A DNA stretch of 20,054 bases, taken from the NCBI GenBank assembly GCA_042217555.1, contig JBDGSL010000006.1:1-20054 (forward strand), read 5' to 3'. The notes beneath the pieces are model-generated. The model ran no database searches. It saw only the letters and a program-made list of their open reading frames with translations, and had not been told where the DNA came from. Shown piece after piece: positions 8,887-17,026 of this stretch. The DNA is from Candidatus Nanohalobium sp. Its GTDB lineage: Archaea > Nanohalarchaeota > Nanosalinia > Nanosalinales > Nanosalinaceae. The translations under genes were made by a program, and so were the position numbers. Position 1 is the first letter of the stretch; every line of letters starts with the position of its first letter.

Positions 8887-9705
8887 CTAGGCCTTGTTAA
8901 GCCAGTAGTCTTCTTCTATATTTTGAGAGTTAGGGTGAACATACAGTATAGAGACCTCATCGCCTCTTAAGTTGCTTATTTTCTCTCTTGCTGCTTCCCC
9001 TACTTTTTTGTGGACCTGTAGGTTGCCATTATATTCTTCTTCGCCTTCGGGTTCTTTTCCTTGGTACATGTAGTTGTTATTGGAAAAGATAAGGAGGTAT
9101 TTATCTACATCGTCCGGTAAGCCATCTAATTCGTCAATATCTCCTTTGCTATTATTTCCGTCACTGTCTTTACTATTTTCTCCTTTGTAGAGGCTGTTTT
9201 CTTCTAGGTTAAGCTGTTCTTTGATTTCTTCCTTAGTCATATCTTTGTTATCTGAGATACTGGTTTTGGTGGGGAAGTGTCTTTTATTTTTCACAAATTT
9301 GAGTTCGATTGCTGCATCTATATCATTCTCACTATATCGTTTGGATCCTTGCTGTACCCATTCAACATCTACTTCGCCATCTTTCTGGAAAATAACTACA
9401 TCTATCCTCTTTCCTTCCTCAAGGCTTACTTCAGTGTGAATACGGTTGATTTTACCGCCGTTATCTCTTATCATCTTCCAGTAAGTCTGTTTGTACTTAT
9501 TGCTATTTCCGAATTCATACTTTTCTTTGCCGTCTTCGTCTATGCTTTCGTAAAATTCGTCCCGGTTTACTGATGTCTTTTTCTCTTCTAGTTCTTCTTT
9601 CAGTAGTTCAATGAATTTGACTCTGATGTCTTCTTCAGTCACAAAGTTAAGCGGATTATTAGCAAACTTATCAGCTAAATCTTCAGATACTTTGGTAATA
9701 TCCAT
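8887..9705 (-). CDS. PD-(D/E)XK superfamily nuclease
   Basis: FVTEEDIR helix, IHTEV, RIDVVIF and AAIELKF (D...ExK). Same motif order as the neighbouring gene. Confidence 0.75.
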   Translation of the reverse strand: MDITKVSEDLADKFANNPLNFVTEEDIRVKFIELLKEELEEKKTSVNRDEFYESIDEDGKEKYEFGNSNKYKQTYWKMIRDNGGKINRIHTEVSLEEGKRIDVVIFQKDGEVDVEWVQQGSKRYSENDIDAAIELKFVKNKRHFPTKTSISDNKDMTKEEIKEQLNLEENSLYKGENSKDSDGNNSKGDIDELDGLPDDVDKYLLIFSNNNYMYQGKEPEGEEEYNGNLQVHKKVGEAAREKISNLRGDEVSILYVHPNSQNIEEDYWLNKA

Positions 9706-9772
9706 AAGAATAGAATGTCTTTCTTACCTTTTACAGATTTCTAAAGTAATGAAGAACAGATAATCTGAGCCC

Positions 9773-10360
9773 CTAAACTAGTTTATCAAATCTAGAAAGC
9801 ATTCCCTTTCTGAATCTTAGGGTGAAACTTTTGAGCTTGCGTGGTGTTGAAAATCCGATATAGGCCTCTAATTCTTGATATTTCCTTCCTTCAGCCATGT
9901 GAAGACTAACACTCATAGCTCTATGACATCCATCTCTTACTCGTGGCGACTTCAAACCGTTAACTGTGACTATTATTGGGTGTTTTGGTGTCTCTTCAGG
10001 TAAATTATTAGCCAGTTCTCTAATATGGTCTGTACCGACACCTTCCTTATTCAAAGTCTTAGATACTTTCGAATCTGGGTTCTGTAGCTGTTTACCTAAT
10101 TTATCTATAGTATGATCTGGGATGTCGTAGTTTGCCCAAACCGAGTAAAGTTGTCGAAACTCTTTTTCCGAAAGTTCGGTTTTATACCATTCAAATGATT
10201 CTTCGAGAAAGAAGCCAGCAGTTTCAGGTTCTTTTTCCTGTAATTTCGCTAACTTTTTTGATTCACTCATTTCGTCTAAATTAGAAATAGTCTCATTATG
10301 TTTCTCTAGCTCTTTTCTTAACCAAGACTCTATTACCTCTTCTTGAGAGACTCTTTCCAT
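9773..10360 (-). CDS. ParB/sulfiredoxin-fold protein
   Basis: PIIV...RVRDGCHRAMS matches the ParB/Srx P-h-h-V...DGxHR signature. Confidence 0.6.
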   Translation of the reverse strand: MERVSQEEVIESWLRKELEKHNETISNLDEMSESKKLAKLQEKEPETAGFFLEESFEWYKTELSEKEFRQLYSVWANYDIPDHTIDKLGKQLQNPDSKVSKTLNKEGVGTDHIRELANNLPEETPKHPIIVTVNGLKSPRVRDGCHRAMSVSLHMAEGRKYQELEAYIGFSTPRKLKSFTLRFRKGMLSRFDKLV

Positions 10361-10417
10361 GATATAATTTTTAGACTCAACTTTCGGCTGATCTACCTTT
10401 TCATTTCCTAGTTCTAT

Positions 10418-11371
10418 TCAATTTATAGTTTTGCTGTAAGAGTCCTGATCTAGTACTTTGTTGGTTTCTTTATTGCGGATCTCAGCAGTGAATACATATT
10501 CTCCGGTGCTGTTGATTGATTGGTAAAGGGAAATGTCTTCAGTGCTTGACTTGCCGGCAGCTAATTCAGAGAAGAACGTTACTGCATCGTCGCTTGAGTA
10601 TATCTCTGAACTGTCATGTGAGATGGTAATACCTACTTCAGGCATAAATGAGATTTCGCCTGTGTTCTCAATTTTAACCTCAACGTTGCTAATAGTTCCT
10701 GAATCGGATATGTATTGTGAGTCATAATTTGTCCATGAACTTTGTACTGAAACTATCTCAATAGAGGCCTTAGGTTTAGGTTTCTCGGCAAATTCAAGGC
10801 TATATCTCGTTTCTTTATCTGGGAGTTCATAAACTGCTGTACTTGATCCAAATAAGGAGAACTTGTATTTGAATTTCAGATTAGATACATTCTCAGGTAC
10901 TTCAAATGCTATTCTTCCTCTTTCTTTTCCCCCTGGAAGAATTTCTCCTGAAGTAAACCCTTTCTCTAGAGCAGATGCAGAATAAATACTTGGCTCATAC
11001 GTATATCCTTCTCCATCTTGTACCTCTGCAGTTAGAATATTTGAAACTGTAACTGACTTGTTCTTTTGCTGATTATAAACTGTAATATCAACTAGAACAT
11101 AGTCTTTTCCTGATGAAGCTTTGGAATTGTAGTAGGAACTTGTTACAGGTATTTTATTCACATAGTTGACTGAATTAAGCTTAACTGCCATATTGCCGGT
11201 AGAGGCTTTTTCACCGACTGAAAAAGTATTTACAAAGGTTTCTTTATTCACATCTTTCGTAGTATTATTTACTTTAGATGGGTTATCATAGTCTTGTGAG
11301 CTTGAACAACCTGATGCAATCAAAACTAAGCCAATAAGTAGTGCAGGCATGAACTTTCTAATTATAACCAC
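10418..11371 (-). CDS. DUF4352-like surface lipoprotein with C-terminal Ig/CARDB-like domain
   Basis: Signal peptide with lipobox LIASGC. YVLVDITVYN, VQDGEGYTY and GEILPGGKERGRIAFEVP are typical of DUF4352. SD GGAGGT before GTG. Confidence 0.8.
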   Translation of the reverse strand: MVIIRKFMPALLIGLVLIASGCSSSQDYDNPSKVNNTTKDVNKETFVNTFSVGEKASTGNMAVKLNSVNYVNKIPVTSSYYNSKASSGKDYVLVDITVYNQQKNKSVTVSNILTAEVQDGEGYTYEPSIYSASALEKGFTSGEILPGGKERGRIAFEVPENVSNLKFKYKFSLFGSSTAVYELPDKETRYSLEFAEKPKPKASIEIVSVQSSWTNYDSQYISDSGTISNVEVKIENTGEISFMPEVGITISHDSSEIYSSDDAVTFFSELAAGKSSTEDISLYQSINSTGEYVFTAEIRNKETNKVLDQDSYSKTIN

Positions 11372-11468
11372 CTATTACCTCCATTTTTGAGCACCTTTTT
11401 CAAGTTACCCCAATTCAATTTGAAAAAGAGGAAAGTTGACAAGGTTGAATCAAAAACCGCATACCCAC

Positions 11469-11646
11469 CGATTTTGCTCACGATTTTTTGGCCGATTATC
11501 TGTAAAAAATTACAAAGTTAGCTGTTTTCCAGAGAAAAAGTGGCTTCTACCGAAACCTTAAGAATAATATAATTATTAGGGAATCGGTAAAAACCACTTT
11601 CTCTATAGCTTTTGTCTAATAGTGTAAAAAACACCAAAAGATCGGT
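11469..11646. other. Putative replication origin: iteron-like CGATT repeats plus a 74-bp imperfect palindrome with AT-rich centre
   Basis: CGATT at 11469, 11481 and 11493 (12-bp period). Palindrome 11531-11604 AAAGTGG.TT.TACCGA..CC.TAA / TTA.GG..TCGGTA.AA.CCACTTT around AATAATATAATT. Lies immediately downstream of the Rep gene. Confidence 0.55.
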
Positions 11647-14147
11647 TATTTTAGAAACCACTCAATTTTGCGGGAAAATCCACTTTCTTTTCGACTACTA
11701 ACTTCACCGCCATCTTCTAGATTTTCGAGCTGTTCACGGACTCTTTTCTCATCTCCTAAAACACTCTTCTTGATTTCAGTGGTCGTTTTACCACTTTCAT
11801 CTAGAAGATCAAGAATATCTTCTTTGATATCCTCATCTGACCTTGTAGTCTTCATGCTGATTTTTCCTGAATTATAGGTGTGGTCTTCACTTTCACGAGC
11901 AGCACCTTTGATGTCGTTACCAGGAACACCAGTGTAGCTGGTTATCTGCTTTACACTCTTTCCGCTGTATTCATCAAGAACCTCATTTTCACGCAAAGCT
12001 TCCTGAACCATCTCGTTAATAGAAACATTTTCCACATCATCTCTATCTAATCCTAGACTATCTAAAAGATCTTCAGGAACAATACCCGCAACAAAAATAT
12101 GTTTTCTCTGCTGCCTCATATTCCTTAACCTGAGAGCAGCATCAGTTACAGCACTGTTCACAAGCATATCGTGAACTACCTTGATGTTCTTATCTTCATC
12201 GCTGTAGTAATACTCTCTTTCACCTTGATCGTTTTTCTTGTACTCTGCATCCATTCGTGATGAATTGTTGTACTTTGTATCCTCACGAACATCATCATTC
12301 ACAAGTGCCGGAAAATCACCTGTCATCAAATAATACCTTTTGATGTAGGAAAGATGGTTCTTGTTCGGTGTCCCGACAAGGAAAATCCTTTCAAAGTCCT
12401 CAAAGTCATTTGTGCCCTGAATGCCTCCGCCATCCCAGTACTTGAAAGGTAAGTCACCAAAAATTGTAGGTTGAACTATGGAATCCACATCATATTCACC
12501 TTCTAGGAAATCCATGTAGCCTACAAAACCTGTGTTATCGAACATTTTTGCTATTTGCTTCATTCGTGCCTTGAAGCTCTCGCTGAAATGCCTTTCACCA
12601 GTAATATCTGTAGACAGGCTTGAACGACTGAATGTGCCGTTTCCCGGTCTAGTAACTTTGTAGATATCGGCCTTAAGCCCAGCACTTTCTACATGTTCGG
12701 AAGCATCTGTAATCCTTGGTACGATGTGCTCTTCAAGGTTGTTAATGTCGTAATAACTTTTCTTGTCGAAGCTTTGCTTTCCACCTGGATGATACCTTTC
12801 AGGCATTATCTTGTACTCTGCTTCGTCCTTCCTCATCTTGTAGTCTAAATATCTTCTTCCCACAGTATTGAACCATTCTTCGTTGAATCCGGCCCAAGCC
12901 CACTTTACATCTACATTGTGCTTCAAAGAAAGGTCAAATATACGAAAAGCATGAGGTTTCGACATCCAAAACAGCACCCTCTTTTGACTGCCTATCTTCT
13001 TCCCTTCCTCACAATGCCACTCGCCGTTGTAAGCCCATTTTTCACTTATCACAACATTCATGTCCTTGCTCTCCCATAGAGTACGGGAAAGCCGGATCAC
13101 TTCAACAGCTGATTCAACAGCTTCACTATCTTGTATTTCGCCATCGGACATGTTCTCATTGATGACATCATAAAGAATGTTTGCAAGCTTCCCGTGATCT
13201 CTAGAGTCTATAAACATGTAATAGAGCTTTTTGAAGTGTTTCTGGAACATGTCATCTTCAAAGTCATACAGGCGGTTTATGTGTGAAATGTAGTAATCAT
13301 CTTTGTTAGATGCTCTATCTTCGTCTCTATCTTTGTTAATATGGAAGTTAACTTCTCCTTTTTCTTCCGCCTTGAAAAGCTTGTTCAAACTTCCATTAAA
13401 CCTGTTAAACAGCTTTTTCTTGTTATACTGGTTGAATGCATACTCAAATACTTCAAGAAGCTCGTCCAGTCTTTCCACATATTCACCACTGTCACTGATA
13501 TTGCTGACACACTTTTTCAGTACCTTTATCATTTCTTCTATAGATTCAAGGTCTTTATCAAATGTAAACTCTCTTTCCTCACCGTCTATACCTTCGTCTA
13601 TCAACAAAGTATCAAGGCTTTTGTATTGCTGTAGATGGTTGAATTGTAGAGGATCAAGGTATGGTGGTTCTTCTTCCAGTTGCTTCTTGTAGACGTTGTC
13701 CTCATAATCTAACAGCGTCTTAGAAATTATAGCAGGTCTAACACCGGCATCGTACATGCTTTGAGCCTTACTTATTACATCGTCCGGAAAGCCTTTCTCT
13801 CTTAACAACTTGATTAAACCCATTCGATGGGTAGCACCATCTATGTCCTCTTTAAACTCGTTTTCCAAGTGGTCGTGTTCCCTAGAAGTAATAGCAACGT
13901 CTTTATCTGTCTCATTCACAAACTCCTTCATCCAGTGGGTTTTGCCAAGACCTTGAGGAGTCGTATTGATATCGACGAAGTGTTGTTTCAAATCTATGCT
14001 TATCGGTCCGCCATCGATATTTATTTTATCAAAAGTATCGTCTCTCCTGTAGAATTCTTTGTGAATAGGTGCTGCTTTATTCCTTGCACCTTGAACTTCT
14101 TCACTGTTCGTTAAGTTCTTATTAACATCCTTACAATTCTTTACCAT
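11646..14147 (-). CDS. Putative replication protein: divergent SF2 helicase (UL9/CyRepA1-like) with C-terminal winged helix
   Basis: Walker A TPQGLGKT, Walker B LLIDE, second RecA-like domain QGTNDF...FLVGTPN, motif VI-like DAALRLR, C-terminal wHTH KTTTEIKK...VREQLENLEDGGEV. Confidence 0.65.
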   Translation of the reverse strand: MVKNCKDVNKNLTNSEEVQGARNKAAPIHKEFYRRDDTFDKINIDGGPISIDLKQHFVDINTTPQGLGKTHWMKEFVNETDKDVAITSREHDHLENEFKEDIDGATHRMGLIKLLREKGFPDDVISKAQSMYDAGVRPAIISKTLLDYEDNVYKKQLEEEPPYLDPLQFNHLQQYKSLDTLLIDEGIDGEEREFTFDKDLESIEEMIKVLKKCVSNISDSGEYVERLDELLEVFEYAFNQYNKKKLFNRFNGSLNKLFKAEEKGEVNFHINKDRDEDRASNKDDYYISHINRLYDFEDDMFQKHFKKLYYMFIDSRDHGKLANILYDVINENMSDGEIQDSEAVESAVEVIRLSRTLWESKDMNVVISEKWAYNGEWHCEEGKKIGSQKRVLFWMSKPHAFRIFDLSLKHNVDVKWAWAGFNEEWFNTVGRRYLDYKMRKDEAEYKIMPERYHPGGKQSFDKKSYYDINNLEEHIVPRITDASEHVESAGLKADIYKVTRPGNGTFSRSSLSTDITGERHFSESFKARMKQIAKMFDNTGFVGYMDFLEGEYDVDSIVQPTIFGDLPFKYWDGGGIQGTNDFEDFERIFLVGTPNKNHLSYIKRYYLMTGDFPALVNDDVREDTKYNNSSRMDAEYKKNDQGEREYYYSDEDKNIKVVHDMLVNSAVTDAALRLRNMRQQRKHIFVAGIVPEDLLDSLGLDRDDVENVSINEMVQEALRENEVLDEYSGKSVKQITSYTGVPGNDIKGAARESEDHTYNSGKISMKTTRSDEDIKEDILDLLDESGKTTTEIKKSVLGDEKRVREQLENLEDGGEVSSRKESGFSRKIEWFLK

Positions 14148-14265
14148 AGTAAAAGATCACTTCAGCAACCGTTGAAGTCCGACCTCTCCAAGCCAGATCT
14201 TTATCTCCGGAGCACGGCAATGCTCTGGAGCTTCTTCTTTTCTTATTAGATTTTGAATGCATCAT
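14131..14265 (-). CDS. 44-aa putative leader peptide overlapping the rep start
   Basis: Read by hand: MMHSKSNKKRRSSRALPCSGDKDLAWRGRTSTVAEVIFYYGKEL*. SD GGTGA just upstream. Overlaps the rep ATG by 17 nt. Below the ORF-track cutoff. Confidence 0.4.
   Translation of the reverse strand: MMHSKSNKKRRSSRALPCSGDKDLAWRGRTSTVAEVIFYYGKEL
14150..14244 (+). ncRNA. Candidate antisense (copy-control) RNA to the rep leader
   Basis: Hairpins CTTCAGC-AACC-GTTGAAG (14160-14177) and CTCCGGAGCA-CGGCAA-TGCTCTGGAG (14205-14230), each with a G-U pair that works only on the + strand. Followed by CTTCTTCTTTTCTT. TATA-like TTATTAA at 14119-14125. Confidence 0.4.
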
Positions 14266-14273
14266 TATCACCT

Positions 14274-14510
14274 TTAACTATTCATGGGATCAGCCCACTC
14301 AGAATCGTGCTTGTCCATTTCTTCCTGTAGCGGTGTGTAATCTGCCGAGGCCTTCTTTGGTTCAGCATCTGTGATCTTGCTGAGCGCATGTATCTTCCTT
14401 GAACTACACTCTTTGCATCTCTGGGGTTTGCTTTTCACTAATATAGTCCAGTATTCAGCTCCACAGCCTACACACTTGATCTTGAATCTGAGGTCACGGT
14501 TTGAACTCAT
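14274..14510 (-). CDS. Small zinc-ribbon protein
   Basis: CVGC...CKEC motifs in 78 aa. Lies in the leftward replication operon. Confidence 0.75.
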   Translation of the reverse strand: MSSNRDLRFKIKCVGCGAEYWTILVKSKPQRCKECSSRKIHALSKITDAEPKKASADYTPLQEEMDKHDSEWADPMNS

Positions 14511-14548
14511 ATTATTAATTTATTCGTTGTTCTTTAAGACTCCTACCG

Positions 14549-14779
14549 TTATTTACCCTTTTTGATCGATACCAAGAGATCTGAGACCTTTGCATCTGTA
14601 ATGGGGAAGGGTAAGACAGTAAGATCCGTGTACTTCCCACTACCGGTTCCACTTCTCTGTATGGACAGGTCTTTACCGTACAGTTCTCTGAACACCAAAT
14701 AATGGAGGTCTAAAACCGGTGTAAAGGCCTTTAATGTCCTTTTTAACGTGGTTTTATGGCTTCGGTTTGAGGCCTTCAC
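14549..14779 (-). CDS. Hypothetical protein (76 aa, doubtful)
   Basis: GTGA overlap with the recombinase stop. Basic composition is unlike the acidic neighbours, so it may be non-coding. Confidence 0.3.
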   Translation of the reverse strand: MKASNRSHKTTLKRTLKAFTPVLDLHYLVFRELYGKDLSIQRSGTGSGKYTDLTVLPFPITDAKVSDLLVSIKKGK

Positions 14780-15831
14780 GATTCAACTACCTGGTCTTCG
14801 ATCTCGATATAATCTGATATGTCGATCTGGTACTTTCTCTTCAGTGTATCGATGTAGATCTCGGTTGTTTCTTCGTCGCTGTGTCTTGCGTAATTGCTTA
14901 ACCGTGACTTGATCTGGCTGTAATCATAATCGTTGTCCTCGTCTTCCGCCATCTTCTTACCAAGTTTAACCAATCGTGAATGCCTGAAATCGTGTGTGCC
15001 TTCAAGGTCTACTGCTACTTTATCGGCTGCTGCCTTTAACGGATTTAAGACACGGTAATACAATTTTTTCAGGTCGTCGGTATCTTTGAAGAATATTTTT
15101 TCATCTCCATTCACGTTTTCGGGTTTGAAATCCTCTATCCTTGTTCTAGTGCTGTCCGTGACCTTTACCGTGCCTGAATTTTTGCTTTTCGACCTATCAG
15201 CGTGAATAAGTATCTGGTTGTCGTCCAGCTTTACACCTGACCATGTATCTCTTTCATAGTCCTTCCACCGTAAACGTGCTATATCGCTGAACCTGCCTGC
15301 TGTTTCATACATAACCTGTAAAAACAACTTTAGTTCCTCTTCATCAAGGACTTCGATGTGGTCGCCGACCTTGTCTATAATCCTTAAAATCTCCTGCTCA
15401 CTGTGGATCTTTGCCCTTATCTTGTCCTCCTTGCTTCTGGCTTCCGTTGATTCACCTACACTGTGAACCTGGGACCTCAAATAGTTAGCATTCCTTGTAG
15501 CAGTTCTACCGCTTCTTTCGGCCTTGAAATCAAGGTACTTCTTAAGACCGTATTCAGTGGCTTTACTTCCGATGTAGTTGACCATTTCGTTGTTGATCTT
15601 GTCTATAACCATATCTTCGTTCTCATCAGGTTCTAAATCTATTACACCAAATCTGTCGTGATGCTTGTAGCTGAATGCATAGTACCTCTTAACATAGTTG
15701 AAGTAATCCGTTACTGTCTTGTCTGAAGTATGGTTTTCCTCGAGGTACTCTTTGAAGTTTTCCAGCTCGTCCACCACCGACTCATCAAGTTCAATGTTCG
15801 GTTCGTTGATGCTGTAGTTCACAGTTGCCAA
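14776..15831 (-). CDS. Second tyrosine recombinase (Xer-like, putative resolvase)
   Basis: N-terminal SAM-like SDKTVTDYFNYVKRY, ETAGRFSDI (R), RSKSK (K), THDFRHSR (HxxR), ARHS (H), TEIYI (Y). TTG start with upstream GGGTG SD. Confidence 0.92.
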   Translation of the reverse strand: MATVNYSINEPNIELDESVVDELENFKEYLEENHTSDKTVTDYFNYVKRYYAFSYKHHDRFGVIDLEPDENEDMVIDKINNEMVNYIGSKATEYGLKKYLDFKAERSGRTATRNANYLRSQVHSVGESTEARSKEDKIRAKIHSEQEILRIIDKVGDHIEVLDEEELKLFLQVMYETAGRFSDIARLRWKDYERDTWSGVKLDDNQILIHADRSKSKNSGTVKVTDSTRTRIEDFKPENVNGDEKIFFKDTDDLKKLYYRVLNPLKAAADKVAVDLEGTHDFRHSRLVKLGKKMAEDEDNDYDYSQIKSRLSNYARHSDEETTEIYIDTLKRKYQIDISDYIEIEDQVVES

Positions 15832-15840
15832 GTTAACACC

Positions 15841-15868
15841 CTTTATACTAACTTTACTTAGTATCTTT
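15841..15868. promoter_or_regulatory. dif-like 11-6-11 site CTTTATACTAA-CTTTAC-TTAGTATCTTT
   Basis: Perfect ATACTAA/TTAGTAT inverted arms with a 6-bp spacer and TAA-N6-TTA geometry, 10 bp upstream of the recombinase start. Confidence 0.5.
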
Positions 15869-15957
15869 CTTGTTCCTTTCGATTTTATCGATTTCTACGG
15901 ATTGAAAGGCTTTATTACCTTCATAAAAAGATAAATAAGAATTAGAAAAGGTCTATT

Positions 15958-16392
15958 TCAGCTTTTACTTGTATTAACCTCTTTGACTGTTAGATTTTCT
16001 ACTATAATTTCCCAGTTTTCCTCACAAAGAGACTGGATGAATAACAGAATACGGACACCATCTTTTGCATCCATATCTCTATTCTCAAAATTAACCAGTT
16101 CCTCAAACCGGAGTTTGTCTGTTGACATAGTTGAGTCTTCAAGGAGAGAAGAAACAACTTCTTGTAGGTGCTCCGTATTCAACCCTAAATGATACCAGAT
16201 TTTTGCCCCTGTGGTATTGGAATAATGAATCCCACGTCCTTCTTTCGCTTCTTCCCATTTCTGATTGCATGAGTCAAGCCGATGCTTCAGGACTTGGAAA
16301 ATTTTAGATTCTTCAGGATCAAGCTCTTTTCTCGTCGTGTTTTCTTCATCTCTAATGACGATAGAGGGAGTTACTGAACCGCCTTTAGACAT
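15958..16392 (-). CDS. Hypothetical protein (144 aa)
   Basis: Strong SD GAGGTGA, acidic composition, part of the leftward operon. Confidence 0.75.
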   Translation of the reverse strand: MSKGGSVTPSIVIRDEENTTRKELDPEESKIFQVLKHRLDSCNQKWEEAKEGRGIHYSNTTGAKIWYHLGLNTEHLQEVVSSLLEDSTMSTDKLRFEELVNFENRDMDAKDGVRILLFIQSLCEENWEIIVENLTVKEVNTSKS

Positions 16393-16398
16393 TATTCA

Positions 16399-16491
16399 TC
16401 ACCTCTTTCCCTCTTCTTTTTTGTAATAAACAGGTTTTGAACTTTTTTGCTCCTCTCTCGAGGAAACTGTGTTGTTCTGTTGTGGTGTCAT
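16399..16491 (-). CDS. 30-aa micro-ORF
   Basis: Read by hand: MTPQQNNTVSSREEQKSSKPVYYKKEEGKR*. SD AGGTG. Fills the gap between neighbouring genes of the operon. Confidence 0.45.
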   Translation of the reverse strand: MTPQQNNTVSSREEQKSSKPVYYKKEEGKR

Positions 16492-16501
16492 TTTGATACA
16501 C

Positions 16502-16780
16502 CTAGTATTGTTTTTCAGCTCTCTCGAGCTGCTCTAGTTTATCTTCGATATTTTCCTTCCGTTCCATCAGGTATTCACGTCTACCGTCGATTGAATTAGG
16601 GTACTGGTCTTGCTTCTCAACTATCTCCGCCAGCAAGTCTATAATTTCGACTGGGTCAAGACCTTCCATCATGTGCTTGAGATATCCCCTAGACATGCTC
16701 ATGAACCCGTCAAAACTACTCCGGCCTTGAGGAGTATCACCTCTTGAGCCTCGCTTAAGCTTCGTGTTCCTCGATCCCAT
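16502..16780 (-). CDS. Hypothetical protein with C-terminal coiled coil
   Basis: SD GGAGGTGA precedes ATG 16780 (the ORF track starts at GTG 16789). Helical acidic tail. Confidence 0.7.
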   Translation of the reverse strand: MGSRNTKLKRGSRGDTPQGRSSFDGFMSMSRGYLKHMMEGLDPVEIIDLLAEIVEKQDQYPNSIDGRREYLMERKENIEDKLEQLERAEKQY

Positions 16781-16943
16781 GAGGATCACCTCCTTTTTTT
16801 GTCTCCTCGAGCACTTGCTTTGTCCGTTTAACCACTTCCTTCACGAGACCATCGTCAAGTGCTTCTATTTCTTCCTGGGTTGCATTTTCGACAACTTCTA
16901 AAGCATCGGTGATAGATTGTAGGTAGGTGCGGGAACTGGTCAT
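16755..16943 (-). CDS. Small helical hypothetical protein, first gene of the leftward operon
   Basis: ATG 16943 (MTSSRTYLQS...), acidic, divergent from the wHTH gene. Confidence 0.65.
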   Translation of the reverse strand: MTSSRTYLQSITDALEVVENATQEEIEALDDGLVKEVVKRTKQVLEETKKGGDPHGIEEHEA

Positions 16944-17026
16944 TTTTCGTGCCTCTACCCCACCATTCAACAGAGAACTATCATGACCAATCTGAAACGA
17001 AGAAAAACTTCGGTTTGGTGCGAAAT

